DNA of 64,000 nucleotides from Macrostomum hystrix (GCA_950097015.1 CATNEN010000038.1:33356001-33420000); one strand, 5' to 3'. Counted from the stretch's first letter, positions 45,501-57,016 are shown. Notes: a model not told the origin generated them from the letters alone. A program made the numbers and translations.

Positions 45501-47285
45501 TCACTCACCCTGCAATGGTGCCCCACACCCTTCACTCACCCTGCAATGGTGCCTCACACCCTTCACTCACCCTGCAATGGTGCCCTGCACCCTTCACTCA
45601 ACCCTGCAATGGTGCCCCACACCCTTCACTCACCCTGCAATGGTGCCCTGCACCCTTCACTCAACCCTGCAATGGTGCCCCACACCCTTCACTAAACCTG
45701 CAATGGTGCCCACACCCTTCACTCACCCTGCAATGGTGCCCACACCCTTCACTCACCCTGCAATGGTGCCCCACACCCTTCACTAAACCTGCAATGGTGC
45801 CCCACACCCTTCACTAAACCTGCAATGGTGCCCCACACCCTTCACTCAACCTGCAATGGTGCCTCACACCCTTCACTCACCCTGCAATGGTGCCCACACC
45901 CTTCACTCAACCTGCAATGGTGCCTCACACCCTTCACTCAACCTGCAATGGTGCCCCACACCCTTCACTCACCCTGCAATGGTGCCCCACACCCTTCACT
46001 CACCCTGCAATGGTGCCCCACACCCTTCACTAAACCTGCAATGGTGCCCCACACCCTTCACTAAACCTGCAATGGTGCCCCACACCCTTCACTCAACCTG
46101 CAATGGTGCCTCACACCCTTCACTCACCCTGCAATGGTGCCCACACCCTTCATTCAACCTGCAATGGTGCCTCACACCCTTCACTCAACCTGCAATGGTG
46201 CCTCACACCCTTCACTCAACCTGCAATGGTGCCCCACACCCTTCACTCACCCTGCAATGGTGCCCCACACCCTTCACTCACCCTGCAATGGTGCCTCACA
46301 CCCTTCACTCACCCTGCAATGGTGCCCACACCAGCATCGGAGTCAAAAGACACGGCAGCCAGCGAGCTGAACAGCTCGGGTGCAGACGATCCGGCAGCCA
46401 TGAAGGTGGCGCCGGCCACATCCTCTGACAGTTTCAACTTCTCCGAAATCACTTCCAGGGAAGGCACAAAGAAGTCGTCGCAGATGATAGCCATTGCTGG
46501 TCGTTAAATTACAAGTTGATGACAAACTGTATCACTTTATTAACTTTATTAACTTTTCATCCATCAATGTCAACTCGACTATTTCTCACCGATGAACGTG
46601 ATGATCGTCACGACTATGTACAGCACAATCCATCCGGCCAGACTGTTGGTGGACTTTTCAAAGTCGCAGCTTTCCCAGGCCACTCCGGAGTGACTGGATG
46701 CGTTCACCACTTCGCATTTGTAGTTGTAGTGAATGCTGGTGTTTACTGTGACAAACAACAGCTGCCGACTGACCAGTAGGGCGTCTGGAGGAGATTGATA
46801 ATTGAGTGAGATAAGGTTGATAATGTGTTGAGATAAGATTGATAATTGATGGGGTGGGATAAGATTGGTGATGGAGTGAGATAAGATTGATAATGTAGCG
46901 AGATAAGATTGATAATATATTGAGACAAGATCGAGAATGTGGCGAGATAGGATTGATAAAGTAGTAGGACGAGATAAAAATTTAGATGAGACTAGGGTGA
47001 TATTGAGGATAAATTAAGGGCACTGATGTTATATTGGATACTGCAGTGGTTGTATTAAAGACTGATAATAAAATGAGGTGGCTTACCTGCTTGGGCCAAG
47101 GGCACCACATCTCTGACCCCAAAGTAGCCCCACCTGTAGGCGGCTGCAGCAGCGGACGCGAGTACTAGAAAACAAGCCGCCGCAGATGCGCACCTGCCCG
47201 GAGATTGCCTAGCAACCAGGCGAGAGTAGCCCAGACTGCGATCCCACTGACCCTTGCGCTGTCGTGCTGAGTAGAGTCGGACCAT
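30597..47285 (-). CDS. K+-dependent Na+/Ca2+ exchanger (SLC24/NCKX family), 12 exons, about 660 aa
   Basis: Exons 47285-47087, 46784-46590, 46496-46313, 43585-43528, 43242-43007 (or 43034), 36262-36205, 35656-35525, 35447-35379, 35005-34686, 34270-34117, 33691-33521, 30803-30597. All GT-AG and phase-consistent (1983 nt). Alpha-1 repeat [13 protein letters not shown]...GVGTIAGSAVFN; alpha-2 repeat LAAGTSIPD...GSNVFDI. Confidence 0.92.
30953..33243. repeat. 25/26-bp minisatellite (about 88 units) in the last NCKX intron
   Basis: Unit ggggagacattggttctctgctgctt, with interspersed variants ...cttctggt and agggagacattggtcctgtgctgctt. Confidence 0.97.
36660..37400 (+). repeat. About 98-bp tandem monomers (about 7.5 copies) in the LINE 5' UTR
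   Basis: Repeated gggaaaggtgtcaccct...gtgatcaggtacctctggct; two alternating variants give a 196-bp period in the 3' part. Confidence 0.95.
37540..39150 (+). CDS. LINE ORF1 (gag-like), 536 aa
   Basis: Long ORF whose stop overlaps the ORF2 start (ATGA). SGAARRR and TFAAVA motifs are typical of ORF1 in this group. Confidence 0.8.
   Translation: MESNNQKQTMEIEEVPTHREGPSSDNITTTAGPSHPGPAPPGIGPNEPLSAKLSSTSGAARRRRLKAKLLASGALEVSNPRLRPKEAQPAITGGRQPTCPAPEEGRAPEANEGYSLPTSSSALDPQSGASVAQPARAAGVEGPRSPRPAAQEGGASGSATGGDRSRPTFAAVARRQPAIVILGRDARLTADQLTQASRVIDGLLWKQTLKGTPLAIKTHATRDSCLLIWPSDAESGRRLLEMLPEQSWEANMAFYREDEPPQTKRHRIFVPAASVVTSSEELRNGLLAVNRDLPAAGLVVHDTIQHPEGRGFTAILGLSDVWMRKYPDDTQIAIGLLKLRIRAFEADKRRKQGVNPTEAAAEGASAPKAARPSVRRHKAQHSHDGKAERAAEGGSDRHPARSTKRKGLLQRAAEAVQSAKLTHLRREASGLLRRAAQPRATGGATVGPSSMEQGPRGPRQIAQGGTLTETMGTTQMVGSATGENRASQDAQYPPAGQEPDPVGEPMETGSPRHLPITEEEEEGLLAQSPQKPEEHQ
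39147..42850 (+). pseudogene. LINE ORF2 (AP endonuclease, RT, RNase H, CCHC finger) with two frameshifts
   Basis: VQEP, GDVNAH, SDH (APE); YRPISL, PQGGVL, GYADD (RT); YTDGS, DSQAAL, WIPGH, GNEMAD (RNase H); CTFC...EHFIC. Frame breaks near 41025 and 41909. Confidence 0.9.
43640..46331. repeat. 30-32-bp minisatellite (about 87 units) formed from the NCKX exon 3/intron 3 junction
   Basis: Minus-strand unit GTGGG(G)CACCATTGCAGG|GTGAGTGAAGGGT. A 742-bp higher-order period is visible in the ORF track (44619/45361, 45083/45825). Confidence 0.97.
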
Positions 47286-49398
47286 GAGCGCGGCGTTCTG
47301 AGTCGCGTGCTACTTTTCGGTTCGATGTCGTTTATGTGGTAGCCTCAACTACGTCTGAAGCTGAACTGTTTTTCTACTGGTTACGGAGGCTCCGAGAAAC
47401 GAAAGCGCTCCAGCGTCAATCTCGATTCGCCCAATGCCTAACTGGCAGCTAAACACCCACCCCAGCTAAATTAGGGCACACAAGCAGCCATTGTCGGCTA
47501 TTCCGTCAATCTGTGGTCCACTAAACCAGCTCTCCTACTGAGAACAGAGCGGCAAATAATTGAGAAGTTTTTTTGGCCAAGAACGGTCTATAGAGTCTCT
47601 CTCTCTGTCTCATCGGTCACAGCAAAAAAAATAGACAGAAGACAGAAAATTAGGTAAAATAGCATTAATACTTACCCGATATAGACGCAGGTGCGAATGG
47701 CATCGTTTTGAAGACTGCACGACCATTCAGCGCACTAATTTACGAACTCACTAATTTACGGCTCAGCCTGTTTGGTGAGATCTGAGCAAACTACTTTATT
47801 AAGGGACCTGTCACAGCGCTTATGCTAAAGGTGGCAAGTGTTCTGTTAAGAAACGCACTCTATAGCTCGTAGCGTTGTAACGAGGGGGCGAGATAAATTT
47901 TGCCTTTCTGTATGAAACTCAGGCGTTAAAAACCAAATTCTCAGGCCCATCGTGAGCAAGATATTAATTTTTTCTCTGGAATTTTTCACTCATATACTCG
48001 TAAGCTAATCTAACAACCATTATTCCGTGCTTCAAAGTCTGGCTTATCTTTTTAATAACTTCGATTATTACTCTGTCTTTTACGAAGCACTTTATTCAGT
48101 TCTCAGCATTCATCTGACCACTGTTGCTGAGTAAAAAAATATTTGCCCAATTCCTGTCACCGCTATGAAATGACCAACTCGCACTGTAGATGAATTCTAA
48201 TTTTAGCTGCATTATAACAATAGTGCATAGTGCAGTTCGTGTTGGCCCAGAAACTAATTGCCCATCTAAAATTAGTTTGGCCACTATCATCTTAAGCCAC
48301 TCGGAACGAAGTACGAACTTTAACTGGAGAAGCTTGCCAATGACGCATAAGGACTGTCAGTCGTGTGTCTTGTAGACAGTGTGGCGGCAAAAGACGCTAT
48401 GAGTGAGCATGGAGTGAGCAGCGAATATTTGCTTTCAGCTTTTTAAGTTACCAGAAAAAAACGATTCACATCTATATAGTCCACAATGAGTTTTTTGCCT
48501 GAAAGTTTAAACTCCGTTTGCAGTCAAACGTACCCACTGTCACCCGCTGTCAAAAATACTAAGTCGTTAGTAGTTTTTAGGATTTCTTTCTGTATGCTAT
48601 AAAAAAAGAAGAAAATTAAACTTAAAAAAATCAAAGTGATGCTTGAATTTTTATTTAGCTGTTCAGAATTTCTGCCTACTAAAATAGAACAAAGTGAGCC
48701 AATTTTTCGACACAAAAATATGTGGCCTATTTGTCCACATCGGCGCGGACTGGAAGACGACCAAGCTCGCTCGCTGGCCGCATTTCACCCGCCTCCGGCT
48801 CTGGTGCCCGAAGTGTAGGACAATTGGTGACGCAAAGGACTCGCCTGAAGCTGGACGGCCTACCAGTCGGTCCGCACCTTCATCCAGTCCGAAGCGCTGC
48901 CCTATGGTTTGGTTTGCTGTAGCGGCAGGATTCAGGACCAGACCGGACTGGATTTCGTCCGCTCGCCGCTCGCTGTCTATGGCTGCAACCAAAACTAAAT
49001 AAGGTATGCGAATTTCTGACCCTATCTATGGCCAAACCTTGCTCAATCGGCATTAGACCAACATATACGTCGTATATAATAAAACTGGGGCAGCTTATTT
49101 AGAGCCGATTTCTTGTCAATCGTGCAGGATTGTCTCTGTCTATGGCCCAGATTGCGACATCAAGGGCGATTCAGACAATGATATTCTTCAATGGAGAGAT
49201 GACGCACGGCTTTTGAGTGCAGCAACGACCTAGGCACGAGTGCGCGTTAGTGCACGAGTGTCTATGGTCGTGGCTGCATGATAAAGCCGAGCGTCGACAT
49301 CATTGACTAACGATTTCAGCAATAGACAATCGTTTCAGCCATTGAATCAAACCAGTCTGATTTGAGGTAGGAATTAATGGGGTTCGCTGGCTGTTAAA

Positions 49399-50790
49399 GT
49401 GAATAAAATTTCAGAATGGCTGAAACATCCGAAACTCAACCTAAGCTACTTTCCGAACGAGCTTGTTAGCGGATTGACAACAGAGGAGTTGACTAGTCAA
49501 GCTGAATTGAACGCAATGAACGATCTCGTGGAGAAAGTGATGTATGAGGACACCGACTGTCCAACGCTGGATGCCTCTGGATGGTTCACTCTGCTGCCTT
49601 CAACAGAAGATACCATAAAGGAACTAGAAGCTATTGTTGGCCAGCAGTACGACGCAACGAAAGTTCAATCCACTGAGAAGCAAGAAGTTGCGGCTGTTCG
49701 TAAACTGAAGGTTTTTTTGACAGCTCATTCGCTTAATTGCGACATCGACAACTGTACGTGATATTGCATATCTGGCTGAAAAACTAAAGTACTTTTACGC
49801 GACGCTACGAAAGGATGACAAGTCCTTCTATGCACCGACTACGCTTATCTGCTGGAGAGCTGGGCTCTTCCGGTATTTTCTGCGTGTTCGCCAGTTGAAC
49901 ATCATCGAAAACGTCGCATTTGCGCAGGCAAATTTGGCACTTAAGGCTGTTGGCCGTCTGTTCCTTAAAGCCGGTGGGAGGATCCTACATTTTAAAGCAA
50001 TTTGTAAGGAGGACATGGAGAAGCTGGCGTTCTACTTTGACCGGTAATCTCCCACCGTGTTGTGATGTGACAAGAGGTGTACTTTGTTCTCGTGTATTTT
50101 TTTGGTCAACGCGGTCGTGAGTGGTATCGTGGATTGACGACTGAAAGTCTGGTTTTTGAGACCAACAACGTGTGCGGAACTGTCATTCGTCTACGGACTG
50201 GGCTGCAAAAGACTTTGGGCGCTAGACTCTCGACAGGTGCAATGAACGACAACAAGGAAGCGGTCATCCGGGCTACTGGTGGAACCCAATGCCCTGTGCA
50301 GGCCGTTCAACTGTACCTTGAGAAGCGTAGCTCCACCGCTGGTTTGACGGAAGACTCGCCGCTGCTTCTGACGCCCAAAAAGAAGCCGGTTTTCGGCGCA
50401 CCTTGGTTCACCAAGATTCCACTTGGTGTGAACAGTGTCGGTGCAATGATGAAGGCAATATCGACATCGGCTGGATTGTCCAAGGAGTACACATCGCATT
50501 GCATTCGACCGACTGTCATCTCTGATCTTCACGAAGCTGGTTTTTCGGTTGGAACAAATTTGCAACATCACGGGTCACAAGGAGACCAAGACTGTTCAAA
50601 GGTTAGTACAAGTGAGATATGTTTGTTAAACAGTAAATTTAATTTACTCTACATTCTCAATGTACTATACATTATCCTACACTACACAGGTACCTGACGC
50701 ATGGAAAGCGCAAGGCCACGGAGAGTGGCTTCGCGCACTCGTTTTATGGCCATTATTTAACGCCGAAACATACTACAGTATATAATCTAC
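49399..50790 (+). mobile_element. Degenerate Crypton-like tyrosine recombinase gene with a spliceosomal intron
   Basis: LKYFYATLRKDDKSFYAPTTL (49780 region), FFGQRGRE (catalytic R), CPVQAV, SHCIR (HxxR). After a frameshift near 50548: ITGHKETKTVQR|Y across a GT-AG intron at 50602-50689. Several stops and frameshifts. Confidence 0.8.
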
Positions 50791-51099
50791 CATTGCCGAG
50801 AACTTAAATTTCGAGCTAGGACCACTCTACGTTTATTAAATTCGCAGGTTCGCAGGTTCGTCTAAAGTTAGTTCACATTTGGATGTGAAGCGTCGCTTCA
50901 AGTTGATATTGAAAAAAATGAAGAAAAATCGTGCAAAATTTGTTAGGCATTTTTACAAAGACTTTGTACAGAAAAATTGGAGTTTTGGAGTTTGTAAATA
51001 AATAGTAAAATATTACCTTGCATATAACCAGCATGCAGTTTCTAATTGCGTATAATATAAATGCCTTTTCCTTTCTGTCTATGCCTTCCAACAATAATT

Positions 51100-51575
51100 C
51101 ACCGCTCCCTACCGCTCCCCACCGCTCCCTACCGCTCCCTACTGCTGCATACCACTCCCTACCGCTCCCTACCGCTCCCTACCGCTCCCTACCGCTGCTT
51201 ACCGCTCCCTACAGCTCCCCACCGCTCCCTACCGCTCCCTACTGCTGCATACCACTCCCTACCGCTCCCTACCGCTCCCTACTGCTGCATACCACTCCCT
51301 ACCGCTCCCTACCGCTGCTTACCACTCCCTACCGCTGTTTACCGCTCCCTACCGCTCCCTAAAGCTGCTTACCGCTCCCTACCGCTCCCTACCGCTCCCT
51401 ACCGCTCCCTACCGCTCCCAACCGCTGCTTACCGCTCCCTAAAGCTCCCTAAAGCTGCTTACCGCTCCCTACCGCTCCCTATAGCTCTCTAAAGCTCCTA
51501 CCGCTCCCAACCGCTCCCTACCACTCCCTACCGCTCTCTACAGCTCCCTACCACTCCCTACCGCTCTCTACCGCT
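51100..51575. repeat. (ACCGCTCCCT)n 10-bp minisatellite
   Basis: Direct reading. Confidence 0.97.
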
Positions 51576-51766
51576 TGTATTTAACTGCAAGCTCTCTAAC
51601 TTTTACGCGAATTTAAAACTAGTATTCAAATTTTTACGTTAAAGTAAGGTGTACCACCGTTGTGGTAAATTAAAAACCACAGCTTCTACTAACAGTAGTA
51701 GTTTGATTAGGGAGAGCTGGGAGAGCTGTTTGGAGAGTTTGGAGAGTAAGTTTGGAGAATAGATAG

Positions 51767-52050
51767 ATCTATCAATCTATCCATCTATCTATCTATCTAT
51801 CTATCCATCTATCTATCTATCGATTTATCTATTTATCTGTCTATCTATCCATCAATCTATCTATATATCTATCCATCTATCTATCTATCCATCAATCCAT
51901 CTATCTATTTATCCATCCATCTATCCATATATCCATCTATCTATTTATCTATCTATCCATCAATCTATCTATATATCTATCCATCTATCTATCTATCCAT
52001 CAATCCATCTATCTATTTATCCATCCATCTATCTATCTATCTATCTATCT
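51767..52050. repeat. (ATCT)n/(ATCC)n microsatellite
   Basis: Direct reading. Confidence 0.97.
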
Positions 52051-52314
52051 AGCACAGCTATGCATCCCTCGAAAACAGCTTCGCTGACAGCACATCATGT
52101 TAAGGGCCTAGTAACTGTTATTTTAGTTGTTTTTTATCATGAAGTGTTTATTTGCCGCTGAATTTAACTTTGAAATGACCAAAGCAATTTACTGTATAAA
52201 TTTCTATGAACAACAAAATTATGTTCTCAGAACACCTGTTAATCAAGTGATGTTGTGCTATTCGCTCAGATTATAGCTGGCATTCTTAGTCTATGGTTCC
52301 AGGCGTTGTACACC

Positions 52315-52858
52315 TTACTGCAGCTTCTGCAGCTTCTGGCTTAAAATGAAATTGGTACAGAAGCACTGGCAGGGCATGTCGCTGCTACCGTAGTTATACC
52401 AGCTTCTGGGGCATTGAAATGCCACCTGGCACAGATGACGACAGGTCATGCGCCAATTAGCGATTAGCTTGGCTGCGGGTAGCGGGTGGAATCGGGTGTT
52501 TAGTCGTTAGATTTAACAATATTAAATGTTTGGTCATACACTATAGTCAAACAAAGGCGTCCCACAAAGGCGTTAGTTGCAAGCCACAAGCCACAAGCCA
52601 ATTTGCGAGAGGGCAACGCGTTCGACCGCTCTGCAACTCACCCCCGTGTGTGACTTTCCTTTCTATTTATTTTGCATCCCCCAGTTACAAAGTGCTCAGA
52701 TTTTATTTACCGTGAGCAGCCGGGATGAAAGACAGACGCTTTCGCAGCCCAACCAAGGCAGGAGGGTCGGCAGACACCGCAGCTCCATTCGTCAGCGACA
52801 CCGCGATGACAGCGGCTATCAGAGTCAGCAGAATCCAGGGGCGAATCATTGGTCCCAT
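52315..52858 (-). CDS. Secreted cysteine-rich prepropeptide, 101 aa (family member 2)
   Basis: Exon 1 52858-52711 (MGPMIRPWILLTLIAAVIAVSLTNGAAVSADPPALVGLRKRLSFIPAAH), donor GTAAAT, phase-1 intron, acceptor CCGCAG. Exon 2 52472-52315 (AKLIANWRMTCRHLCQVAFQCPRSWYNYGSSDMPCQCFCTNFILSQKLQKLQ*). Confidence 0.85.
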
Positions 52859-52955
52859 CTTGACTGTGCTCAGCGTTCAGATTCGCAAGAGGCTCTGTTC
52901 GATACGGTAGATGCTCGGTCGGCAGCAGGTTCCGCTTCGGGGCAACGAGCGGCGA

Positions 52956-52964
52956 TATTTATAG
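52956..52964 (-). promoter_or_regulatory. Putative TATA box of peptide gene 2
   Basis: ctataaata on the minus strand, about 100 nt upstream of ATG 52858. Confidence 0.55.
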
Positions 52965-53453
52965 GGCCAGAGCAAGGACAGGACTACTCAGTTGGGGTTG
53001 CGGCTGCGAGCAGCCAATGAGAATCAGTTAATGTCGTTCAAATAAAAAAGCGGGGGCGGCTGTGAAGGCGGACTCAATTGAGCCGGTCTCAGCTGTGGTC
53101 TGATGTCGCTTGCTTACGACCGTCTTTGATTAATCAAACCTAGTCAAAGGAGACTGCCAGTACTACCGTCTTTGCCGCTTTCATATTTTCTTGTGATCAA
53201 CGCGTTGAGAACTTTTGCTTCTGGTTCTAATGAAAACGCGGCGAAATTTCCGCCTCGGAAACAACAGATTACTGAACCGCTATTGAGGACTGGGATAATC
53301 GCTTGGGATCTGGCAAAAACAAGTAAGGGGGACTCATTTAGCAAGGAGACTCTTCTGGAATTGAATTTTTCTAGGTGATGCTTGGTAGGTCTTACCTCAG
53401 GATTTTCTGAGTTCTGAGTCTTACCTGAGGATTTTGGAGAGTAGTTAGTCCTA

Positions 53454-54311
53454 CCTCCTTTCGAAGGCATGAACGCCTTCCTGGGAGCCACTCTTTTGGA
53501 CATCTTCGTCAAGGGAGAGACCGCGAAGAGCACCAGGCGCCTCATGGATGCCGGCGTGCCTTTCAATTTCTCGAGAGCCTTCAAAAAGCGCTCTCTCACT
53601 CCCCACTCCGATCTCTGCCTAAAGATTCTGGGCGAGTGCGAAGGGCTCAACATCCGCTCCGATGCAATACCCGCCACTCTGATCCTGAGCCACAGGTACA
53701 AGGTCAAAATTCAGCCTCGCCAGGAGGCAAACGACAGCTGGACCGACCCTGAAATCCACTGTTATACCGACGGCTCCCTGATGAACGGAATCTCGGGATT
53801 CAGAGCCTGTATCTAGCTCGTACAAGGGAGGAGAGGTCGCTTGGACTCACTCCCAGCATACTGGGAAAAACTCCAGCGTTTTTCAGAACGAGATGCTCGC
53901 CATCAGTTCATGCGCTCAGGGCATGGCTGTTTTTCTCGGCATCGCTATCTCCAGGGCCAGCTCCTGGAGGACAAATGCACATTCTGTAGCTCGGGCAGTG
54001 AAAACGCCGAGCACTTTATCTGCCCAGTTTTCACCAGGGCAAGGCTTGAACACCTTGGGCCTAACCCAACTCTCTCCGATGCTTGCAGGCCCGAGAGCAT
54101 CCCTCAGCTTGCCCGGTACCTTTGGGATACTGGGCGAGCTGACGTCTTCCCCACCGACAGTGCGGAAGACCACGCTGCGGGCCACCCTGAGCAACACCAC
54201 CTCTCCTGAGGTCGTTTGGTTTGCCAGGGGTTAGAGGAATGGGCGGTCCCCTCCGCCTCCTCGCTGCGTCCGCCGGTACGGAGCACCCCGCAGTTAAGTC
54301 AAAGTAAGTCA
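53454..54311 (+). mobile_element. 5'-truncated copy of the LOA-like LINE with an internal RNase H deletion
   Basis: Matches about 41652-42970 minus about 450 bp; 11-bp TSD AGTTAGTCCTA (53443-53453, 54312-54322). Confidence 0.92.
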
Positions 54312-55072
54312 AGTTAGTCCTAACTGGGCTAAGCACATAGGCTAAATAATACAGTAGTAAAATTATATTAAAATAATCTGGGAAAACAAGGCTTTTTTCG
54401 AGAACTGAAAAACTTGCTTAGCCATTTTTTAGCTCTGACGCGGAAAATTTTTTGCACGAAGAATTTAATCCTAATCAACGGTAATGAGTCTGTGACGCAT
54501 CATCGCTCTGGTTGATCTCCATTTTACTCATTCCCAATTCGCGTGTAGCTACGACTTTTGGTTAATTGGGCATCTTATGCAGTTTGTTTGCAGCTCTGAA
54601 TATTTTCATCCCACGGGTTCATCTTCCTAGTGAAATTCTGAGAAACAATATTTGCTTCAGGCTGTGCAGACGTGATTTGATGCGATAATCAATTAGCTGA
54701 TTCCTGTCGAAGGCTGTCTAGTTTATGAGCTCCATCTTCCTCTCCTTTGACGCCCATAAAAAAGAAAAGCTGCAAGCCTAGGATGAGATTGCAGACAAAT
54801 TTATTGAAGAAACGAAGGTCGTTCAGAGCGACGGATTTTTTCACGATTCTGATAGTAGAGCTAGACAAGGCTTTCGACTCTAGTTAGGTGAAATTAATCC
54901 TTGTAGAGGTGGACCTCTGCGAGACATGAATCAACTAGTCTAATCTTTGATTAACATGCAAGAGCACAATTTTCTGGTCCATTATGTCATTAAGTCGTAG
55001 TTATTTGACTATTTATCAAATAAATCGTAGTTCAAATAAAATATCGTAGTTATTTTAGGACCGTTGCTAATC

Positions 55073-56450
55073 GCGTAGATTCTTGGTAGGACCGTAAAAC
55101 TATTAGCGTAGATTCTTGGTAGGACCGTAAAACTATTAGCGCAGATTCTTGGTAGGACCGTAAAACTATTAGCGTAGATTCTTGGTAGGACCGTAAAACT
55201 ATTAGCGCAGATTCTTGGTAGGACCGTAAAACTATTAGCGCAGATTCTTGGTAGGACCGTAAAACTATTAGCGCAGATTCTTGGTAGGACCGTAAAACTA
55301 TTAGCGCAGATTCTTGGTAGGACCGTAAAACTATAAGCGCAGATTCTTGGTAGGACCGTAAAACTATTAGCGTAGATTCTTGGTGGGACCGTAAAACTAT
55401 TAGCGTAGATTCTTGGTAGGACCGTAAAACTATTAGCGTAGAATAGCGTTAGGCGTAGATTCGTGGTAAGAACCGTAGCTATTTAAGCGTAGATTCGTGG
55501 TAAAAACCGTAGCTATTTAAGCGTAGATTCGTGGTAAAAACCGTAGCTATTTAAGCGTAGATTCATGGTAAGAACCGTAGCTATTTAAGCGTAGATTCAT
55601 GGTAAGAACCGTAGCTATTTAAGCGTAGATTCATGGTAAGAACCGTAGCTATTTAAGCGTAGATTCGTGATAAAAACCGTAGCTATTTAAGCGTAGATTC
55701 GTGATAAAAACCGTAGCTATTTAAGCGTAGATTCATGGTAAGAACCGTAGCTATTTAAGCGTAGATTCATGGTAAGAACCGTAGCTATTTAAGCGTAGAT
55801 TCATGGTAAGAACCGTAGCTATTTAAGCGTAGATTCATGGTAAGAACCGTAGCTATTTAAGCGTAGATTCGTGATAAAAACCGTAGCTATTTAAGCGTAG
55901 ATTCATGGTAAGAACCGTAGCTATTTAAGCGTAGATTCATGGTAAGAACCGTAGCTATTTAAGCGTAGATTCGTGATAAAAACCGTAGCTATTTAAGCGT
56001 AGATTCGTGATAAAAACCGTAGCTATTTAAGCGTAGATTCATGGTAAGAACCGTAGCTATTTAAGCGTAGATTCATGGTAAGAACCGTAGCTATTTAAGC
56101 GTAGATTCATGGTAAGAACCGTAGCTATTTAAGCGTAGATTCGTGGTAAGAACCGTAGCTATTTAAGCGTAGATTCATGGTAAGAACCGTAGCTATTTAA
56201 GCGTAGATTCGTGGTAAGAACCGTAGCTATTTAAGCGTAGATTCGTGGTAAGAACCGTAGCTATTCAAGCGTAGATTCGTGATAAAAACCGTAGCTATTT
56301 AAACGTAGATTCATGGTAAGAACCGTAGCTATTTAAGCGTAGATTCATGGTAAGAACCGTAGCTATTTAAGCGTAGATTCGTGGTAAGAACCGTAGCTAT
56401 TTAAGCGTAGATTCGTGGTAAGAACCGTAGCTATTCAAGCGTAGATTCAT
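55073..56450. repeat. Bipartite satellite: 33-bp unit (about 11 copies) then a related 34-bp unit (about 29 copies)
   Basis: gcgtagattcttggtaggaccgtaaaactatta, then gcgtagattcatggtaagaaccgtagctatttaa. Confidence 0.97.
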
Positions 56451-56919
56451 GTTAGGACCGTTGCTAATGGCGTAAATTCTAGGTAGGACCGTAACTACAA
56501 GCGTAAAATTCAAGGTAGCAGTAAAACTATTAAAACAAAAGTAAACAAATAGTTTAAACAAGAGTGAAACAGCTAGCATTTTGTATTTTCTCAATTCGTT
56601 TGGAAATGTGGGCGCCGTGGCAAAGGGTTATTAGCATGAGTCTGGATGTGAGAGAAGAACTCCAAATACTGAGATGACTGACAGTCAGAACGCACGAAAC
56701 GTTACGGAGGCATAACCAAGGCTGGCGAAAAAACGAAAGTCAATTTATTTTAGACATTCCATGCAGCTATTAGTCACACCTGAGTCACAGTCACTTGAGG
56801 CCATCCATGCACACCGCATATAGTTATGTTTACAAGGAGCTGCAATTATCTGTAAAAATAGAATCGTACCATGAATTTCCTGCAAAAATCATTGCCATCG
56901 TGCTTTTGAACATTTTTTA

Positions 56920-57016
56920 AATCGCCCCGCGAGAATCGCCCCGCGAGAATCGCCCCGCGAGAATCGCCCCGCGAGAATCGCCCCGCGAGAATCGCCCCGC
57001 GAGAATCGCCCCGCGT
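56920..57016. repeat. 14-bp tandem repeat (aatcgccccgcgag), 6-7 copies
   Basis: Direct reading. Confidence 0.95.

Noticed and set aside
43571-46507. Many + strand Pro/His/Cys-rich ORFs
   Set aside because: Translations of the minisatellite, antisense to NCKX.
47668-47680. U1 snRNA-like ATACTTACC
   Set aside because: Downstream sequence does not match U1; more likely a minus-strand donor-like site.
48663-49002. Overlapping short ORFs in a GC-rich patch
   Set aside because: No recognisable motif or consistent gene structure.
53144-53707. 187-aa minus-strand ORF
   Set aside because: Chimera of LINE antisense and flank; no supportable product.
55073-56450. CRISPR-like 33/34-bp repeats
   Set aside because: No spacers; simple tandem satellite.
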